Part shown: positions 51,858 through 58,894 of the stretch, one piece after another
Layout of the letters: every line of letters starts with the position of its first letter
Numbering within the stretch: the stretch's first letter is position 1
Origin: an uncultured virus (IMG/VR IMGVR_UViG_3300044699_000169)
Lineage: Duplodnaviria; Heunggongvirae; Uroviricota; Caudoviricetes
Virus record (IMG/VR): IMGVR_UViG_3300044699_000169
Length of the DNA: 64,000 nt
Reading direction: 5' to 3' (one strand)
Position numbers and translations under genes: made by a program
The notes under the pieces: model-generated
What the model was told of the DNA's origin: nothing
The model's database searches: none
Seen by the model: only the letters and a program-made list of their open reading frames with translations

Positions 51858-52118
51858 CTGCTCGAGGTATTCGACGATCACGTCTCCGTGGCATGACATC
51901 GGATGGCAGTGGCATCCGAGCTTTTTCCCACGAAGCGCTTCCACATTGGCGCGGAAGGCGTGATCGTTCTTGATCTTGAAGTTGAAATCGGCCCGGTAGA
52001 GCCGAATCACCTCTTGGCGATCACCATCCGGGCCAAGCATGTACGGATTCCCGAACGTGGATCCGCGTCCGATGTAGACGTCGCAGGGGCTGTACCGAAT
52101 ATTGACGACTTGAGTCAC
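51843..52118 (-). CDS. DUF4326 protein
   Basis: VYIGRGSTFGNPY..LRGKKLGCHCHP..CHGDVI. Confidence 0.88.
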   Translation of the reverse strand: MTQVVNIRYSPCDVYIGRGSTFGNPYMLGPDGDRQEVIRLYRADFNFKIKNDHAFRANVEALRGKKLGCHCHPMSCHGDVIVEYLEQAPVV

Positions 52119-52137
52119 CGTACCCAGTATACAATCT

Positions 52138-52213
52138 TGGAACCCCCACCAGGAGTCGCACCTGGACCTCGCACGTTCGAAGCGTGCGATGCGATCTGCT
52201 ACACCATGGGGGC
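52138..52213 (-). tRNA. tRNA-Arg(TCG)
   Basis: Loop CTTCGAA, CCA. Confidence 0.85.
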
Positions 52214-52216
52214 GTG

Positions 52217-52291
52217 TGGTCTCCCAGGAGGGAATCGAACCCTCACCTCCACCTTCGCAGAGTGGCGGGCAATCCGTTACCCCACCGGGAG
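52217..52291 (-). tRNA. tRNA-Arg(GCG)
   Basis: Loop CTGCGAA, CCA. Confidence 0.85.
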
Positions 52292-52299
52292 ATGAATCT

Positions 52300-52373
52300 T
52301 GGAGCCCCCGCCCGGAGTCGCACCGGGCCTTGCGATGTAGGAGATCGCCGGGCGTCTACTACCCCACGGGGGC
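52300..52373 (-). tRNA. tRNA-Arg(CCT)
   Basis: Loop CTCCTAC, CCA. Confidence 0.85.
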
Positions 52374-52374
52374 T

Positions 52375-52451
52375 TGGTCAGGGACCCCGGACTCGCACCG
52401 GGCCTATGCCTGCTTCCAAGGCAGGTAGGGCGCTATCTCCCCATGTCCCTG
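52375..52451 (-). tRNA. tRNA-Pro(TGG)
   Basis: Loop CTTGGAA, CCA. Confidence 0.85.
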
Positions 52452-52457
52452 AAATAT

Positions 52458-52533
52458 TGGTGGGCCGTGCGAGTGTCGATCTCGCGTCAGGCGTTTATGA
52501 GACGCTCGCTCTTTGCCGTTGAGCTAACGGCCC
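52458..52533 (-). tRNA. tRNA(CAT), probably Ile2
   Basis: Loop CTCATAA, GGGCC acceptor. Confidence 0.75.
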
Positions 52534-52543
52534 TCGAGAATAT

Positions 52544-52623
52544 TGGTCCGGGCGGCAGGATTTGAACCTGCGTTACTCCTGTATCCGAAACAGGCGGGTT
52601 AAGCCAGGCTACCCCACGCCCGG
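52544..52623 (-). tRNA. tRNA-Pro(CGG)
   Basis: Loop TTCGGAT, CCA. Confidence 0.85.
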
Positions 52624-52631
52624 ATGAAGTT

Positions 52632-52709
52632 TGGTACACGGGGCGGGATTCGAACCCGCACTACCGACGTTCTCAGCGTCGTGACTCCTGCCAGTTGGTC
52701 TACCCGTGC
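52632..52709 (-). tRNA. tRNA-Leu(GAG), short variable arm
   Basis: Loop CTGAGAA, CCA. Confidence 0.85.
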
Positions 52710-52842
52710 AAGTGTTTTTCGAGTAACTTTTTTTGCCCTTCTGGCTCACTTTTGAACAACATACCTTCCCGGAGAGAGGGGCCCAGTTCCCTATCTCTGA
52801 GGCCGCAGGGATCGCCAGACCTCTGCGGCCTCGTTTTTTTTT

Positions 52843-52916
52843 TGGTGCCCCGCGAGGGAGTTGCACCCCCATCACCTGTATGTGAGACAGGCATTCTGCT
52901 GTTGAAATAGCGGGGC
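52843..52916 (-). tRNA. tRNA-Val(CAC)
   Basis: Loop CTCACAT, CCA. Confidence 0.85.
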
Positions 52917-52917
52917 T

Positions 52918-53000
52918 TGGTGCGGTCGAGAGGATTCGGACCTCCACCCTTTCGGACTGGCTTCTGAGACCAGCGCGTCTACCAGTTCCGCCACGACCGC
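52918..53000 (-). tRNA. tRNA-Leu(CAG)
   Basis: Loop CTCAGAA, variable hairpin, CCA. Confidence 0.88.
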
Positions 53001-53008
53001 AAATCTTT

Positions 53009-53084
53009 TGGTGGGCCTGGAGGGATTTGCACCCCCAAAATCTCGCTCCTAAGGCGAGCGCGTATGCTGTTCCGCCACAGGCCC
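53009..53084 (-). tRNA. tRNA-Leu(TAG), short variable arm
   Basis: Loop CTTAGGA, CCA. Confidence 0.85.
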
Positions 53085-53088
53085 GGGA

Positions 53089-53165
53089 TGGTGCCGCCGG
53101 CGGGACTCGCACCCGCAAGATCCCGGTTTTGAATCGGGCGCGTCTGCTAGTTGCGCCACGGCGGC
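53089..53165 (-). tRNA. tRNA-Leu(CAA), short variable arm
   Basis: Loop TTCAAAA, CCA. Confidence 0.85.
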
Positions 53166-53172
53166 AAATTAT

Positions 53173-53544
53173 TCAGGCGGAAGAAGCTCTCCAAGCCCTG
53201 TTGTATGCAACGCTGACTTCCCGGCATGGTGTACAACGACAGCCTCTACGATATCCGGTTCTCGTGCCGTGCCGAATTGGCCTCCAGCGTTCTTTGGCAG
53301 TCTTCTTTCGGTGGCACCGATCGCAAAGTACTTGGCACTTTGTAAGCTCCGCGTTTCGCCTGGCTTCGGACCAAGACCAGACCCGATGGGTTACTTTTCT
53401 GGAAGGATCTTTATGATCAACCTTCAGATCCCTCCAGGATCCACAGTGCCTACATGGACCATTCTTCTTGATCCACGTTGATTTTCGGCGAGCGATCCAT
53501 TCACGCTGGTATGACCGTTGCTGCCGGACACTTCCATAAGGCAT
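53173..53544 (-). CDS. HNH endonuclease-like protein inside tRNA array
   Basis: CRHCGS..VDHKDP..KCQVLCDRCH..HGT..Y..GCRC..C. Confidence 0.8.
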   Translation of the reverse strand: MPYGSVRQQRSYQREWIARRKSTWIKKNGPCRHCGSWRDLKVDHKDPSRKVTHRVWSWSEARRNAELTKCQVLCDRCHRKKTAKERWRPIRHGTRTGYRRGCRCTPCREVSVAYNRAWRASSA

Positions 53545-53604
53545 GAAACCCCCTCAACCCCACGATGCTGGGATTGTACAGGAGGATCCGAAAGAACTCA
53601 ATTT

Positions 53605-53655
53605 TGGTGCGCTCGGAGGGACTTGCACCCTCAAAAGCCCGGGTAAGAGCCGGGG
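53605..53655 (-). pseudogene. 3' two-thirds of tRNA-Lys(CTT); D-arm and 5' acceptor strand not found
   Basis: Anticodon arm CCCGG-CTCTTAC-CCGGG, T arm and CCA present. Confidence 0.6.
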
Positions 53656-53826
53656 GGCTGTCGATTTCCGCGGGGTCGGACGTGTTAAGCGCATCCTGCG
53701 GTGTTCAGACAAACCTCATTGGAGTCGATCTTCCGCGGGGCTTCCGGACGTGTTAAGCGCATCCTGCAGATATGTTTTCCTGCAGGATCGCCCGGAGTCC
53801 CTCGAGGGATCGACTTCGAAATTTTC

Positions 53827-53901
53827 TGGGTGGCCTCCGGAGGATTTGCAACCCCATCCCCCGGGTAAAAGCCGGGTCATCTGCTGTTGATCTTCGGAGG
53901 C
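53827..53901 (-). tRNA. tRNA-Lys(TTT), 3' part noisy
   Basis: CCCGG-CTTTTAC-CCGGG. Confidence 0.7.
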
Positions 53902-53918
53902 GGATCGGGGAGATGTTT

Positions 53919-54687
53919 TTAAGCGGGAGATTTTCCGTCCGGGCAGCAGTAGACATCGCTCGGAGGGAGAGTTCCCGTGAGACGAATGCCGATAGAAGGG
54001 TCGCTGCCCCCTTGAGCGGTCCACCAAAGTTCACAACCGCAAACACAAAAGCTGGGCCGAATGGCGCTGGCACAATGACGCCGCCAACAACGAGCGGGAT
54101 CATGACCTGTCGATGTATAGAGTTGGAATCCCAAGCAGGGAAACGTTCAGCCCACCGTATGGCCCGCACCGTTTCCCTTTGGCGTCCAGGTGCCGTTGTA
54201 AACCGTTGTCCCGCCGATCTGAACGAACGCAGTGCCGTCGCCGCGCAATGGATTCCGGCGATTCCGTTTCCCGTCGAATCAATAGGTCCCATGCCGTACT
54301 GCATGTTCGGCGATACGATCAGCGGCCCTGGAACTTCCTTGAACGCACCTGTACTGAAATCCCAACGCCGGGGAACTCCGAGAGGCGGCTTGAAGATTAC
54401 TGAGGCACCAGAATCCGGATCCATCAAGACGTTCTGGCCCAGTGAAGACTACGCTTCCGACTACTGTCGCCCATCCGCAGTTTCCCGCCTCGTCACAGCC
54501 CTTAAAAACATTCGCTGAAGAGATTTGCCTCTCGGCAGGAAATCGCAGGAGCTGAACCGCGAGCGGATGAGCCTGACGGCCATAGCCCGCTCGCGGGACC
54601 TCCCAGAGGAGTGACCAGACGCCTTGGGACGCATCGTCCAGATATGGCACGAACGAAATTTACGGGGCAGTACTTTCTTCCGGCCAT
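53919..54687 (-). CDS. frameshifted paralogue of 22247-23077
   Basis: ANVFKGC..GNCGW..GSVVF vs ADLFADC..GNVGW..GTVVF; DVYCCP vs AEFCCP. Confidence 0.55.
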
Positions 54688-54728
54688 GAGACTACTCTAC
54701 CCCTGCAGAAGAGAAGTTTCAAAGCATT

Positions 54729-54805
54729 TGGGTAGCCCGCGTCGGAGTCGCACCCGACATCCTCTGATCGAAAGGCAGAGATCCTACTGTTAGACGAGCG
54801 GGGCC
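54729..54805 (-). tRNA. tRNA-Glu(TTC)
   Basis: Loop CTTTCGA, TCGTCTA D-arm start. Confidence 0.75.
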
Positions 54806-54812
54806 ATGATCG

Positions 54813-55013
54813 GTTCCACAAGGGGGTGGCCTGGTTCGCCATCTGACGATGGTTCGTCACCCTTGCTCCGGGCAGCGTGGACTATGTACACTGCCGTCCC
54901 GGGGGGCCGCTTATTCTGCCTCGACGACCTACCTCGCGATCTGCGCCCTTTCGGCGCGGCCGATAGATCGTTGGAATTCGATTCCCGCGCGGCAGGCCAC
55001 CCTCTTGTGGGAA
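54813..55013 (-). ncRNA. unclassified ~200-nt structured RNA
   Basis: 18-bp closing stem CCACAAGAGGGTGGCCTG/CAGGCCACCCCCTTGTGG with internal hairpins; strand assumed. Confidence 0.55.
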
Positions 55014-55090
55014 ACGAAAGTAAGATCTCCTGGTGTTTTGGGATCTGGGTTGTAGCTAAAATTCTTCCTGAAGCTCGAAAGGAGAGCGGA

Positions 55091-55589
55091 ATGTTCCAGG
55101 AAGACCTTCTTGAGACAGCTCCCGTTTCAGGGATCCCCGTTCACGCGCACCCGCATGGGCCAGAATGGACCGCTCCCCGATGTGCCTGCCCCGGAACCCG
55201 CACCGATGCCGGAACCTGAACCCGCGCCGGAGCCCGCTCCAGAACCGGAGCCTCTCCCCCTTCCCCCTCCTCCTCCCCCAGCAGACTGCAAGCGCCTCGG
55301 AGTTCCCTTCAGAGAGAACGGATCGTGCCTCCAGCTCTTCGAATGCAAGCAGCCGGATGGAACGATCACCTACAAGAAGGAGCCCGCAAGCTGCCCTCCT
55401 CGGCCTCGTCCTCCGATCTACTACTTTCCGTACATTCCCCCGATCTACTACTCGCCCTACCCTCCAGAATCTCGGGAAGCGGCTTTCGAATTCGATGCCG
55501 GAGAGAAGAAGACCACGATCGAAGAAGCTGCGCCATATGCTCTCGGCGCCGTCGGGATCGCGGCCGCGCTCTACGCGATCTTCAGCTAA
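55091..55589 (+). CDS. Pro-rich MGQ-motif protein with C-terminal TM anchor (5' frameshift)
   Basis: AAGGAG-ATG 55091; RTRMGQNG; PEPAP repeats; ALGAVGIAAALYAIFS. Confidence 0.7.
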
Positions 55590-55592
55590 ATC

Positions 55593-55666
55593 TGGCAGGC
55601 CGCCAGGGATTCGCACCCTGTCCGCCGGTTTGAAGGACCAGCATCCTACTCATAGACGAGCGGCCC
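55593..55666 (-). tRNA. tRNA-Glu(TTC) with C33
   Basis: CTGGT-CCTTCAA-ACCGG, G73, CCA. Confidence 0.7.
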
Positions 55667-55671
55667 AAGAT

Positions 55672-55745
55672 TGGTAGCCTCAGCGAGATTCGCACTCGCT
55701 CCTGCACCTTGAGAGGGTGCCGACCTACTCATAGTCGATGAGGCC
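55672..55745 (-). tRNA. tRNA-Glu(CTC)
   Basis: Loop CTCTCAA. Confidence 0.85.
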
Positions 55746-55746
55746 G

Positions 55747-55822
55747 TGGTACCCCCCGGCAGGAATTGCACCCGCACTTCCGAGGTAGAAGCTCGGCGCG
55801 CTATCTGTTACGCGACAGGGGC
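55747..55822 (-). tRNA. tRNA-Arg(TCT)
   Basis: Loop CTTCTAC. Confidence 0.82.
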
Positions 55823-55827
55823 AAGAT

Positions 55828-55913
55828 TGGCACCACGGGTAGGATTCGAACCTACATACTCTTTCGAGCGCCTCATTAACAGTGAGGTGGGCTACCGATT
55901 ACCCGACCGTGGT
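55828..55913 (-). tRNA. tRNA-Asn(GTT) with long variable arm
   Basis: Loop CTGTTAA; variable region CGCTCGAAAGAGTAT. Confidence 0.85.
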
Positions 55914-55914
55914 A

Positions 55915-55990
55915 TGGAGCCGGTGGCGAGCTCTGCCCTCGCCGCCTCCGAGTTACGAACTCGGCGCTCTGCTGAATGAGCTACACCGGC
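55915..55990 (-). tRNA. tRNA-Thr(CGT)
   Basis: Loop TTCGTAA. Confidence 0.82.
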
Positions 55991-56000
55991 TTGAAGTTTT

Positions 56001-56075
56001 TGGAGCACCGTCCGGGGATCGAGCCCGGTCATGACCGCTTTGCAGGCGGCCGCGTTCCCATTTCGCCAACGGTGC
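56001..56075 (-). tRNA. tRNA-Cys(GCA)
   Basis: Loop CTGCAAA, U73. Confidence 0.85.
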
Positions 56076-56078
56076 AAG

Positions 56079-56154
56079 TGGTAGCGGGAGGGGGAGTTGA
56101 ACCCGCCGTCTCGGAGTTATGAGCCCCGCGTGATGACCGTATCACTACCCCGCA
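56079..56154 (-). tRNA. tRNA-fMet(CAT)
   Basis: 1-72 mismatch, GGG anticodon stem, loop CTCATAA. Confidence 0.78.
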
Positions 56155-56231
56155 TCGGAGATCGCCGACCGGAAGCCGTCGTGCTGAGCACGCTATCCTG
56201 GCTCGATCGAACGACTGGTGACCTTCAATAT

Positions 56232-56322
56232 TGGCGGAAGGTGCGAGAGTCGAACTCGCCGCCCGTCTTAGGGGCCCGTGTTTAGCAAACACGTCTCGCT
56301 AACCGATATCGAGCTACCTTCC
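56232..56322 (-). tRNA. tRNA-Ser(GCT)
   Basis: Loop TTGCTAA, long arm, G73. Confidence 0.88.
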
Positions 56323-56323
56323 A

Positions 56324-56411
56324 TGGCGGAGGCGACAGGAGTCGAACCTGCACGGCCGGTTAAAGCCGGCTCGCTTCCAACGAGCTGGGCCTGCCAGTGC
56401 CCAACGCCTCC
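56324..56411 (-). tRNA. tRNA-Ser(GGA)
   Basis: Loop TTGGAAG, long arm. Confidence 0.85.
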
Positions 56412-56485
56412 ATGAGGCCGGACTTGATGGATCCAGCTCGAGGGCGAAATCACAGAGAAGCTCGCCCACCATCTCTGATCAGTTT

Positions 56486-56573
56486 TGGCGGAGACGGCGT
56501 GACTTGCACACGCGCTCCCTTTCGGGGTCCACCGCTTTCAAGGCGGGGCGGCACGCTCACTGCCTTCGTCTCC
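56486..56573 (-). tRNA. tRNA-Ser(TGA)
   Basis: Loop CTTGAAA, long arm. Confidence 0.85.
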
Positions 56574-56654
56574 GTGTGGTAGAATTTTCACAGCCTTCGA
56601 AAGGCGTTTCCCTCTCCCGAGCCCAGGCACTTCGCCTGGGCTCGAATTTTTTTT

Positions 56655-56748
56655 TGGCGGAGAGCTGAGGTCTTGATCCCCATGCCCGGTTGTGCCGGGC
56701 ACCATCCCGTTTCGAGCGGGCGGCGAGTTCTCACTCGCTTAACTCTCC
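56655..56748 (-). tRNA. tRNA-Ser(CGA)
   Basis: Loop CTCGAAA, long arm. Confidence 0.82.
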
Positions 56749-56749
56749 A

Positions 56750-56824
56750 TGGTACCAGCCGACGGATCTGCCCCGTCACTTTCGGCTTATGAAACCGACG
56801 TCATTCTCGTTAGACCAGGCTGGC
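56750..56824 (-). tRNA. tRNA-Met(CAT), elongator-like
   Basis: Loop TTCATAA. Confidence 0.75.
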
Positions 56825-56907
56825 GGATCTTGGTAGAATTTCTCCTATACATACCGCCTTTGGGCCAGGGGAATAGAGATCTCCATTCTCCTGGCCTTTG
56901 TTTTTTC

Positions 56908-56982
56908 TGGAGCTGGCGACCGGTCTTGCACCGGCATCTGTCCGCTTACAAAGCGGGGGCTCTGCTGTTGAGCTACGCCAGC
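56908..56982 (-). tRNA. tRNA-Thr(TGT)
   Basis: Loop TTTGTAA. Confidence 0.85.
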
Positions 56983-57048
56983 GTGTGATACAATCCGATC
57001 ACTAGACCCGCCCAGGGCCCGGGGTTGTTCCCCGGGCTTTTTTATTTC

Positions 57049-57124
57049 TGGAGCCGGCGGCGGGTGCTGCCCCCGCACCTCGGCATTACCAATGCCGCAT
57101 TCAGAGCTGCTAAACTACGCCGGC
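57049..57124 (-). tRNA. tRNA-Thr(GGT)
   Basis: Loop TTGGTAA. Confidence 0.82.
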
Positions 57125-57237
57125 GTGAACAACGGGAGCGGGGCCCGGGTCAGCCCCTCGCGAAGGCGCACACCCTCGATCCTTGCCAGCCCGAGCCCCG
57201 CCACCAGAGTTAGGGGTCTGAGTGGTCCGGTCGATTT

Positions 57238-57435
57238 CAGTGTACACCGCCGATGAATCTGCTGAAGGCGTAAAGGACGAGCGCTGCGAGGACCGAGGAT
57301 CCAGAGCCAGCATCCGAGCGGCATCCGCGACACCATCCCGCTTCCGTCGTAGGGCCTATCGGGAGGTTTCCTGGAGGTCTTCTCCTGGCGCTGCATTTCC
57401 GCAGCACGTCTCAGGATCTCTTCCTTGCGACTCAT
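57238..57435 (-). CDS. small membrane protein (one apparent extra base)
   Basis: MSRKEEILRR..GCWLWIL, then VLAALVLYAFSRFIGGVH-stop in shifted frame. Confidence 0.5.
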
Positions 57436-57453
57436 GGAAGCATCTTACAAGAT

Positions 57454-57527
57454 TGGTGGGCACGGCTGGAATTGCACCAGCATCTCATCCATGTCACGGA
57501 TGCATTCTGCTTTTGAAATACGCGCCC
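57454..57527 (-). tRNA. tRNA-Val(GAC)
   Basis: Loop GTGACAT. Confidence 0.82.
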
Positions 57528-57530
57528 GAA

Positions 57531-57832
57531 CGAAGCGTTCGCTGACCTCGGTTTAGCCCCCACACTCGCCTGCTGGACGCTTTAGCCGGTACTTCAGAGC
57601 CCGCGCTCCCTTTATGGCGTCTCTCGCTTTCGCGGCAGGGCTGACACAAATCTTGGAAGCTCTTCACTTCCCCGGCCCGGCCATGATCATCTCCAAAAGG
57701 CATGTGGTCGAATAGCGGACCCGAAGGCCCTGCCACTCCTTCGTCCTCCGAGGCGGCTTGAGACATGGAGACTTACGTGGGTCGTTTCGCGCCGTGATCG
57801 CGTCGACTTTCACCGACAGACCGAACGCTTCG
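57531..57832 (-). ncRNA. unclassified ~300-nt structured RNA
   Basis: Ends CGAAGCGTTCG/CGAACGCTTCG pair perfectly; fills the Pro-Val spacer; strand assumed. Confidence 0.55.
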
Positions 57833-57838
57833 AAGATC

Positions 57839-57915
57839 TGGTCGGGCTCCGCGGACTTGCACCGCGCTTACTCCTGCACCCCAAGCAGGCGGGTCGCTAT
57901 CTACCCCTGAGCCCG
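57839..57915 (-). tRNA. tRNA-Pro(GGG)
   Basis: Loop TTGGGGT. Confidence 0.85.
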
Positions 57916-58125
57916 TTATGGATCAAGACTTCGGTGCATGGCGTCCTTCATGCGCTGACGATATTCGTCCCAACGCTTGGTCTTCTTGGGGCACACGGCG
58001 CAGGCGATCGCTGCCTTGAGCGTGGAGCTCCAGACCCAGTGATGGATCCCGAAGACGCAAAGCAACCTGGAGAGCCAATTGAATTTCGAGCTCTCAACTC
58101 TCCAGGACGGATCGACATGAGGCAT
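57916..58125 (-). CDS. small phage protein (DUF1660-like)
   Basis: RLLCVFGIHHW..CAVC. Confidence 0.6.
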   Translation of the reverse strand: MPHVDPSWRVESSKFNWLSRLLCVFGIHHWVWSSTLKAAIACAVCPKKTKRWDEYRQRMKDAMHRSLDP

Positions 58126-58148
58126 CGTCCCCATTGTACATCGAATCT

Positions 58149-58222
58149 TGGAGGGACCAGTGGGAGTCGAACCCACCCTGGCCGGGTCACAGCCGACCGT
58201 GCCGCCGCAACACTTTGGCCCC
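58149..58222 (-). tRNA. tRNA-His(GTG)
   Basis: Loop CTGTGAC. Confidence 0.82.
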
Positions 58223-58230
58223 ATAAGATT

Positions 58231-58305
58231 TGGTCGGCGTGGATGGTTCCGCCCCATCTTCTTCCGGTTATCAACCGGATGCTCTAGCTACTGAGCTACA
58301 CGCCG
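58231..58305 (-). tRNA. tRNA-Ile(GAT)
   Basis: Loop TTGATAA. Confidence 0.82.
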
Positions 58306-58315
58306 ATGAAAATCT

Positions 58316-58389
58316 TGGACGGGGTGACCGGTAATGATCCGGCTTCTCCTCCTTGGCAAAGAGGCGCACTACCTTTGTGCTACACCCCG
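58316..58389 (-). tRNA. tRNA-Gly(GCC)
   Basis: Loop TTGCCAA, U73. Confidence 0.82.
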
Positions 58390-58399
58390 AAAAATTTTC

Positions 58400-58478
58400 T
58401 GGTTGCCCGGGAAGGAATCGAACCTTCGTCCACCCGCTTCAAAGGCGGAGCTCCGATACCAACACAGAGTGCCGGGCA
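58400..58478 (-). tRNA. tRNA-Gln(TTG)
   Basis: Loop CTTTGAA, U1-A72. Confidence 0.82.
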
Positions 58479-58479
58479 A

Positions 58480-58572
58480 TGGTGGGAGCTGGAGGAGTTG
58501 AACCTCTCGTCCTTAACCGCCGCTCTTGTTTTGGGACAACGGTTTTACAGACCGCCGAGCGGACCAGCGCCC
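58480..58572 (-). tRNA. atypical tRNA-Tyr(GTA) lacking a D hairpin
   Basis: GCGGT-CTGTAAA-ACCGT, T arm, ACCA; D region about 9 nt, variable region about 30 nt. Confidence 0.7.
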
Positions 58573-58581
58573 AGGGAAATT

Positions 58582-58657
58582 TGGTGGATCCGGCGAGCTT
58601 TGCTCTCGCTACCTCCTGCTTGCAAAGCAGGCGCTCTCCTGATTGAGCTACGGACCC
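58582..58657 (-). tRNA. tRNA-Ala(TGC)
   Basis: Loop TTTGCAA, G3-U70. Confidence 0.85.
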
Positions 58658-58664
58658 GAAAGAT

Positions 58665-58739
58665 TGGTGGACCCAGGCGGTTCCGCCCCGCCGTCTGCCG
58701 ATTGCGAACCGGCCGCTCTCCTGATTGAGCTATGGGCCC
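58665..58739 (-). tRNA. tRNA-Ala(CGC)
   Basis: Loop TTCGCAA, G3-U70. Confidence 0.85.
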
Positions 58740-58740
58740 G

Positions 58741-58815
58741 TAGCAGAGGCAGGATTTGAACCTGCAAGCCCCAGGTTATGAGCCTGGTGAGGTCACCGGA
58801 TGCCTCTCCTCTGCA
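58741..58815 (-). tRNA. tRNA(CAT), initiator-like, CCA not encoded
   Basis: Loop CTCATAA, 1-72 mismatch. Confidence 0.72.
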
Positions 58816-58820
58816 AGATT

Positions 58821-58894
58821 TGGTGGATCCAGGGAGAATCGCACTCCCGCCTCGAGCGTGCCACGCTCGCGTCCTCCTGCTAGACGATGGACCC
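58821..58894 (-). tRNA. tRNA-Ala(GGC)
   Basis: Loop GTGGCAC, G3-U70. Confidence 0.82.

Noticed and set aside
55593..55666. Possible opal-suppressor (TCA) tRNA
   Set aside because: The only well-paired anticodon stem centres TTC; D arm and G73 are Glu-like.
57531..57832. RNase P RNA
   Set aside because: GAAAGTC and CCGGCT-like words are present but the P4 helix with bulged U cannot be formed.
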